A DNA stretch of 64,000 nt, from positions 288,088-352,087 of the forward strand of contig JADKHO010000004.1 in assembly GCA_016721765.1 (NCBI GenBank), written 5' to 3'. Source of the DNA: Bacteroidota bacterium. GTDB lineage: Bacteria > Bacteroidota > Bacteroidia > UBA4408. Within the stretch, counting starts at the first letter, position 1, and each line of letters begins with the position of its first letter. A program made the position numbers and the translations under genes. The notes under the pieces were generated by a model. It did not search any database. It was not told where the DNA came from and saw only the letters and a program-made list of their open reading frames with translations. Positions 58,913 to 64,000 of this stretch are shown piece after piece.

Positions 58913-59788
58913 ATGGAAGTTCCAAAAGGAAAATTAATTTCGGTGGGGGGGAATGAAGACAAAGGAACTGAGGCGGAACCAAATTTTACGCCCAAGGAAA
59001 AACTGAACTTCTTTGAAGAAGGTATTTTAAAGCGCATCCTTTCGGAGATGAAAGGAAAAGATTCCACAGTTGAAGTGATTACTACCGCTTCTATGATTCC
59101 TGTTGAAGTAGGCGAAAATTACATTGATGCATTCGGAAAACTCGGTTGTAAAAATATAGGTGTTATGCATATCCGTAAGCGGGAAGATGCTTTGCTGCCT
59201 GAGTACATTGAGCGCATACGCAAATGCGATGGCGTGATGTTTACAGGTGGCAATCAAATGCGCCTGAGTATGATTTTTGGCGGTACCGAATTTTTAAATG
59301 TAATTACCGAGCGCTATCAAAATGAAAATTTTGTCATTGCAGGAACCAGTGCAGGTGCCATGGCCATGAGCAATACCATGATTTATCAGGGCAGCAGCAC
59401 GGAAGCCATGCGCAAAGGCGAAGTTAAAATTACTACCGGTTTAGCTTTTATAAAGGATGTTATCATTGATTCACATTTTGTAAAACGCGGTAGGTTCGGG
59501 CGTTTGGCCGAAGCTGTTGCCGGTAATCCGGGATGTATTGGTATTGGCTTAGGTGAAGATACCGGAGTGTTGGTGAAAGAAGGAAATAAAATGGAAGCCA
59601 TTGGTTCCGGCTTGGTGTTGATATTTGATGGACACGATATTCGTCATTCCAATATTGCAGATGCAGAGCAAGGCACACCTCTATCTATCGAAAACATGAT
59701 TGTACATGTTTTGGCAAAAGGAAATTTTTACCATTTAAAAGAACGAAAGTTTTTTGCAGAAACACCTGAAAAGCTGGAAAAAGCATAA
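58913..59788 (+). CDS. Cyanophycinase (peptidase S51)
   Basis: Carries LISVGGNEDKG..., the GVMFTGGNQMRL stretch and the nucleophile region AGTSAGAMAMS. Confidence 0.8.
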   Translation: MEVPKGKLISVGGNEDKGTEAEPNFTPKEKLNFFEEGILKRILSEMKGKDSTVEVITTASMIPVEVGENYIDAFGKLGCKNIGVMHIRKREDALLPEYIERIRKCDGVMFTGGNQMRLSMIFGGTEFLNVITERYQNENFVIAGTSAGAMAMSNTMIYQGSSTEAMRKGEVKITTGLAFIKDVIIDSHFVKRGRFGRLAEAVAGNPGCIGIGLGEDTGVLVKEGNKMEAIGSGLVLIFDGHDIRHSNIADAEQGTPLSIENMIVHVLAKGNFYHLKERKFFAETPEKLEKA

Positions 59789-59882
59789 GGATAAAAATTA
59801 TAAAAAAAGCAGGGCATATGCTCGGCTTTTTTTATTTCATGAACTATAGTATTATTTCGTGTTCTGCATTTTATTAAACTAA

Positions 59883-61445
59883 CTATTTTCGAAAATCGTT
59901 ATGGAGGTAAACCCGTGTGGCAGCAAATGTTGTATCCAAATGGTAATGAGAAGGAACATTACTGTTATATGCAGCTAAAGCATCTTTCATAAAATATTCA
60001 TTTGAGCCGGTGGCTATTGTATCGCATGGACAATTCTTTTCGAATATAATAGCTTGGTTTCCGCTTGTATATAAAGTGATTCCATACTCCAAAAGAAAAT
60101 CAAACTTTAAATCCGCATCCGATTTTAAAGCCGGAAAGGGTTCGTATTTATTGCCAACCACAATGTACTTATTTGCAACATAGGTGGATAAATCTATACC
60201 AATCTTCTTTACTCCCTTTTGCAACAAATACTCCATTGCCTGTTCTCCCCCCTTTTTCACATTTTGATAATTGCTATTATTCTCACGATTTGCTAATGAG
60301 CGCGCATCGTTAGCAAATGTTAGTGCTTGTGGCAACATACATGCGAAAATCACGAGTGAAACTAATTTGAGTTGTTTCTTCACTACACCCTCTAATAAAG
60401 CAGCACCGGCAATTGTCGAAAGACATACTCCCACAAACATATAATGTGGCCAAATACGTTTCGTTAAAATAAAAATGAGCAGCAATTGCACCAAACCCAA
60501 GCCTAATAATAAATGCGCATTGGAAATTTTTTTACATTTTATTAAATAATAGATAGCAAGTGCTGCAAGTCCGAGTATTGCAATGCTGATAATTATGGAG
60601 TGAATAGCGTAATACTCATGCAGCAATTTATTCATCCAGGTTAAGCCATTTATACTTTTATCATCATAGGATTTTGTTGCCGAACCAAATGCTTGAGAAA
60701 TATACGACTGCAAAAACAGGCGCTTTACCGGTGCCAGAAACAAACAAGGAATGCACAATAAGAAACCCAGCAAAGTGTAGAGCACCGAAATAGAAAACTC
60801 CTTTATTTTTAGTGCAAATCGAAATTTTTGTTCCGAATAAAAAAGAGGAAGTACAAAAAGTATAGGTATTAATGGAAGCACAGAAATTTTACATCCATAA
60901 GCGAAACCTAACCAAATAAAGTGCCTTCCAAAAGACCAATTGTTCTTGATAAATCCGCGCAGAAACAAGGCTAAAAAAAGCAATACAAAAGGTTCAGGTT
61001 TGGGAATAAAACTAAAGTAGATAAAATAAGGTGAAACTAAAATAAAAACCAAAGTCATCAGCCGCAGCAAGGCATCCTTAATAAAAAGTGTAATCAACAA
61101 ATGAATAGAGAGCAGTAATACAAAAAAATGGCAAAGTCGTGTTGCCATTACCTGCCCTTCGATGCCCCAAATTTTGTCGGGAATAAACGATACGAGCGCA
61201 TCTGTCCACATCATCACCCTGCCATAAAATAAAGTGCTCCCGCTAATTACCGAAAACACAAAATGCTTGGCATCACCTGGATGCAAAAGTGCATTCACAT
61301 CGAGCAAAGCAATACGCTCATCAAATTGACTGTATTTATCTCCAACGTAACTAGTACCCGATTTGCATGCTGAAGTGTAATAAAATGCAAACCCAATCGA
61401 AATAATGATTGCAATTCCATATCCTATTTTATAGAACTTATCCAT
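59883..61445 (-). CDS. GT-C fold (PMT/ArnT-like, family 39/83-type) polytopic membrane glycosyltransferase
   Basis: About 11 TM segments, a DE motif in the first loop (QFDERIAL), and a ~130 aa C-terminal soluble domain. It overlaps the upstream GT2 gene. Confidence 0.5.
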   Translation of the reverse strand: MDKFYKIGYGIAIIISIGFAFYYTSACKSGTSYVGDKYSQFDERIALLDVNALLHPGDAKHFVFSVISGSTLFYGRVMMWTDALVSFIPDKIWGIEGQVMATRLCHFFVLLLSIHLLITLFIKDALLRLMTLVFILVSPYFIYFSFIPKPEPFVLLFLALFLRGFIKNNWSFGRHFIWLGFAYGCKISVLPLIPILFVLPLFYSEQKFRFALKIKEFSISVLYTLLGFLLCIPCLFLAPVKRLFLQSYISQAFGSATKSYDDKSINGLTWMNKLLHEYYAIHSIIISIAILGLAALAIYYLIKCKKISNAHLLLGLGLVQLLLIFILTKRIWPHYMFVGVCLSTIAGAALLEGVVKKQLKLVSLVIFACMLPQALTFANDARSLANRENNSNYQNVKKGGEQAMEYLLQKGVKKIGIDLSTYVANKYIVVGNKYEPFPALKSDADLKFDFLLEYGITLYTSGNQAIIFEKNCPCDTIATGSNEYFMKDALAAYNSNVPSHYHLDTTFAATRVYLHNDFRK

Positions 61446-62163
61446 GCTTTAATTTTTTGCGCATTTCAAATACATAAGCAAAAATTCGCTTGATTAATTT
61501 TATGCGCGTTTTTACACTAGAACCGCTGCCTCCCTTTGCTTCTCCAAACTGACGCGGCAAAAAGAAAACAGGAATTTCCAATATGCTTCCTTGCTTTTTG
61601 GCGTGGTATAAAAAATATAAATCAAATGAAAAATCCTTCGGACAGTCAGACTTAATTCTTTCGTAAAAAGCACGCGAAAACAATTTTGGTTGTGCATTAA
61701 TTTCGGTCAATCGTGTCCCCAAAGCCATGGATGACAATACCCCCATTCCCCATGAAAAAAATGCTTCACTAACTCTTCTGTTTTTTCGAAATCCTTTCAC
61801 TAAAACAGGTGTTGGTGTTGAACTTTTATATACTTCCCAAGCGCGTATTACATCTTTGGGATCGGTTTGCAAATCGGCATGTGTCCACGACAACATGGGG
61901 GCCGTAGCTTGCTCTAAGCCACTATTAATACCAAAACCATATCCCAGGTTTTTTACCACATGCACCAATTTAAAATTTTTTTCTGGACGGCTTTTCAGTT
62001 GCTCTTCAAATACTTCAGCTGAATTATCAGTACTCCCATTATCCACCAAAATAATTTCCACATCTTTATGTTTGGCCAACAATTCATCAAATTGAGCAAA
62101 GATGTGCGGCAGATTTAATACCTCATTGTAACAAGGTACAACAATCGATAGCTGAGCGGCCAT
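61438..62163 (-). CDS. GT2 polyprenyl-phosphate glycosyltransferase (DPM1/ArnC/GtrB-like)
   Basis: LSIVVPCYNE ... ILVDNGSTDNS ... D.D-type core, at 241 aa. Confidence 0.8.
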   Translation of the reverse strand: MAAQLSIVVPCYNEVLNLPHIFAQFDELLAKHKDVEIILVDNGSTDNSAEVFEEQLKSRPEKNFKLVHVVKNLGYGFGINSGLEQATAPMLSWTHADLQTDPKDVIRAWEVYKSSTPTPVLVKGFRKNRRVSEAFFSWGMGVLSSMALGTRLTEINAQPKLFSRAFYERIKSDCPKDFSFDLYFLYHAKKQGSILEIPVFFLPRQFGEAKGGSGSSVKTRIKLIKRIFAYVFEMRKKLKHG

Positions 62164-62939
62164 TAGTATTTCTTTTTATACGGGTGAAATGGCATATCGC
62201 TAAAAAAATCTTCCCAATAGTTAAATGTTTCATAATCATCCGGAACACCCCAACCAATATAGTGCTTGAGCTCAAACACTTTTGCTTTGAATCCCATCTC
62301 AATTAAATCGGTGAAACATTCATCCACATAAAACTCGTTATTTATTCTGCGGTTTTGAGCAATCATACGCTCCGCAGCTTCCACAAAATATTTACCCTTC
62401 TTAAACCAAAAAGCCCCCACCAAAGCATGATTGTTCATGGGATCGGGCATGTCGTGTTTTACCAACATTTTAGTGATGACATTATTCTCATCCACTTTTG
62501 TCCAGCCATGCGCTTTCGGATTTGCTAAAACTATCGGGTTGTTGCGGAAAGTAAAGATGATAGCATCGCATTCGCTTTTTACTTTTTCAAATTCGGCGGT
62601 ATCGTAAACCATACCATTATCGCTTGCTCCAATGGTTAACTCTTCATCGTTGTTGATTAATTCCTTTGCCAACAAACAGGTACTGGCTTGACCTTCGGTT
62701 AGTCCTGTTACTGTTACAATTTGGCAATCCGGCAATTGTTCCTTCAATGCTTTGTCTATTGCATATTCCTGAATGTGTTCGGTGCGGACCACAAAAATGG
62801 GTTTACCTTTTCCGGGCAACATGTTGTAGGCAGATATTACCATTGGTTTGCCAAATACCGGCAAAAGTGGTTTGGGAGTTGTGTATCCTTTAATGGCAAA
62901 GCGACTTCCTGCGCCGGCCATGGGTATAAGTGTTATCAT
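62163..62939 (-). CDS. Nucleotidyltransferase-like protein (sugar/alcohol-phosphate NTP-transferase fold), paralog A
   Basis: N-terminal IPMAGAGSRF..KPL glycine-rich NTP-transferase motif. Confidence 0.5.
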   Translation of the reverse strand: MITLIPMAGAGSRFAIKGYTTPKPLLPVFGKPMVISAYNMLPGKGKPIFVVRTEHIQEYAIDKALKEQLPDCQIVTVTGLTEGQASTCLLAKELINNDEELTIGASDNGMVYDTAEFEKVKSECDAIIFTFRNNPIVLANPKAHGWTKVDENNVITKMLVKHDMPDPMNNHALVGAFWFKKGKYFVEAAERMIAQNRRINNEFYVDECFTDLIEMGFKAKVFELKHYIGWGVPDDYETFNYWEDFFSDMPFHPYKKKY

Positions 62940-63706
62940 TTTGCTAGTTCAATAAAAATATCCGACCATTGTTTATATTCTCCCATATCTGATGGAGTTC
63001 CCCACTGACAAAAATGAGGCACATCGCTATACACCACTGTTTTTAAGCCATCGCGATACATAAGGTTGTATACCAGACTCACAAAATATTCGTCATACAT
63101 GGTAATTTTTTTCTCCATTAACTCTGTAAAATATTTTTTCACATCGCTGCCGCGTTTGAAATAGTAAGTACCAACTGAATGATAATCTTTTGTTTTATCG
63201 GGCACATAAGAATGCTTTTCGCGAATTTCAGTCATTAAATGATTTTCATCCAATTTACACACCGCGTATAAATTATGCGGATGCAGCAAATGCGGGTGAA
63301 ATCCGGTATAGCAAACGATGCTTCCATCGCAATCCGTTTGAATCATTTTATTTCTGAAATGATTGTAATCCCATTGCATAAAAAAATCACAGTAATTATA
63401 AATTACGGGCTCATCGTCTTTCAATAAATGAAAGGCCTTTGTGGCGGTATGCACCGGGCCTAATTTATGCGGTTCGCAAGGAACAATGGTTGCATTGGGG
63501 CGCACACGCATGAGCGTTTCCGCGATGTCGGTTGTTTCGAGCAAATCGGTTCGTACAATAAATATAAGCTCATCGTCACCGGGAAACATGTTCACCACGT
63601 GCTGAATCACCGGCATTCCGTTTTGAATAATAAGTGGTTTATAGGTGGTGTAACCGGCTTTAATAAAGCGGCTCCCCTGCCCACTCATCGGGATAATTAT
63701 TTTCAT
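62936..63706 (-). CDS. Nucleotidyltransferase-like protein, paralog B
   Basis: N-terminal IIPMSGQGSRF..KPL, about 30-35% identity to paralog A by eye, and an ATGA overlap with A. Confidence 0.5.
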   Translation of the reverse strand: MKIIIPMSGQGSRFIKAGYTTYKPLIIQNGMPVIQHVVNMFPGDDELIFIVRTDLLETTDIAETLMRVRPNATIVPCEPHKLGPVHTATKAFHLLKDDEPVIYNYCDFFMQWDYNHFRNKMIQTDCDGSIVCYTGFHPHLLHPHNLYAVCKLDENHLMTEIREKHSYVPDKTKDYHSVGTYYFKRGSDVKKYFTELMEKKITMYDEYFVSLVYNLMYRDGLKTVVYSDVPHFCQWGTPSDMGEYKQWSDIFIELAK

Positions 63707-63786
63707 ATGAATTTAAATTGTTTTTATGACCAAAAGGAATGCACAAGTTATACTCATTAATTGGTTTGACATCACCTTAGTGCATT

Positions 63787-64000
63787 TCATCTGTTTTTTA
63801 AAATTGAAATTAATAGTTCGGGATAATCTGTATAAAATCGCTTAATGTTTAAATTCAAATATTCGTGCATCGCGGCAGCATCGTTAATTACAATAGCTCC
63901 AACATCAATTCCATGTGCTTGTAATTTTTTAATTTTTTCCGGATTCAAGGCTTGCCATACAAACATCAAGGCTGTAAAGTTAAATTCCTTTCCGATATAA
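63787..64000 (-). CDS. Glycerophosphodiester phosphodiesterase family protein (C-terminal part; gene continues beyond window)
   Basis: C-terminal GDPD motif FYTDYPELL and HGIDVGAIVIND. Confidence 0.5.
   Translation of the reverse strand, partial: YIGKEFNFTALMFVWQALNPEKIKKLQAHGIDVGAIVINDAAAMHEYLNLNIKRFYTDYPELLISILKNR

Noticed and set aside
59800-59840. Bidirectional terminator between cphB and the GT-C gene
   Set aside because: A-run then gcatatgc then T-run is present, but the stem is only a short self-palindrome with mismatched flanks. That is too weak to call confidently.

Overview
This is an AT-rich (roughly mid-30s % GC) chromosomal segment that looks like Bacteroidota, probably Flavobacteriia. 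The evidence is the bamD-rpoZ-coaBC-DUF4835-recN synteny, three proteins with type IX secretion C-terminal sorting domains, a GWxTD protein, and TAnnTTTG-like -7 promoter motifs. About 65 protein genes and one tRNA-Ser(TGA) are present. The window has no rRNA, no CRISPR array, no transposase and no phage genes. Housekeeping genes include ribH, fmt, an HU gene, aroQ, xerD, bamD, rpoZ, coaBC, recN, fabI, recF, a beta-carbonic anhydrase, and a B12-domain-less methylmalonyl-CoA-mutase-family catalytic subunit. Accessory content worth a second look is listed below.
- A tightly overlapping NRDE / ATP-grasp / LysE-type exporter operon.
- A five-gene secreted-protein cluster ending in a propeller-YYY-TM-PP2C(SpoIIE) sensor.
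- A TetR-controlled bestrophin plus beta-carbonic-anhydrase pair with a palindromic operator.
- A large T9SS cargo protein combining CotH, a lamin-tail domain and PKD repeats.
- A T9SS cargo protein with seven tandem Fn3 repeats.
- A TPR-TM-adenylate-cyclase gene split by a single in-frame TAA.
- A ParE/RelE-like toxin disrupted by an in-frame TAG, next to an intact putative antitoxin.
- A CrtI-like and halogenase-like flavoenzyme pair.
- A four-gene lipid-carrier glycosylation cassette: two paralogous nucleotidyltransferases, a GT2 and a GT-C, next to a glycerophosphodiester phosphodiesterase.
At the DNA level, short tandem oligonucleotide repeats, (GATTAGCT)n and AAATCC-type, sit immediately after stop codons. 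All calls rest on reading the six-frame translations and the raw sequence by eye; no database searches were run.
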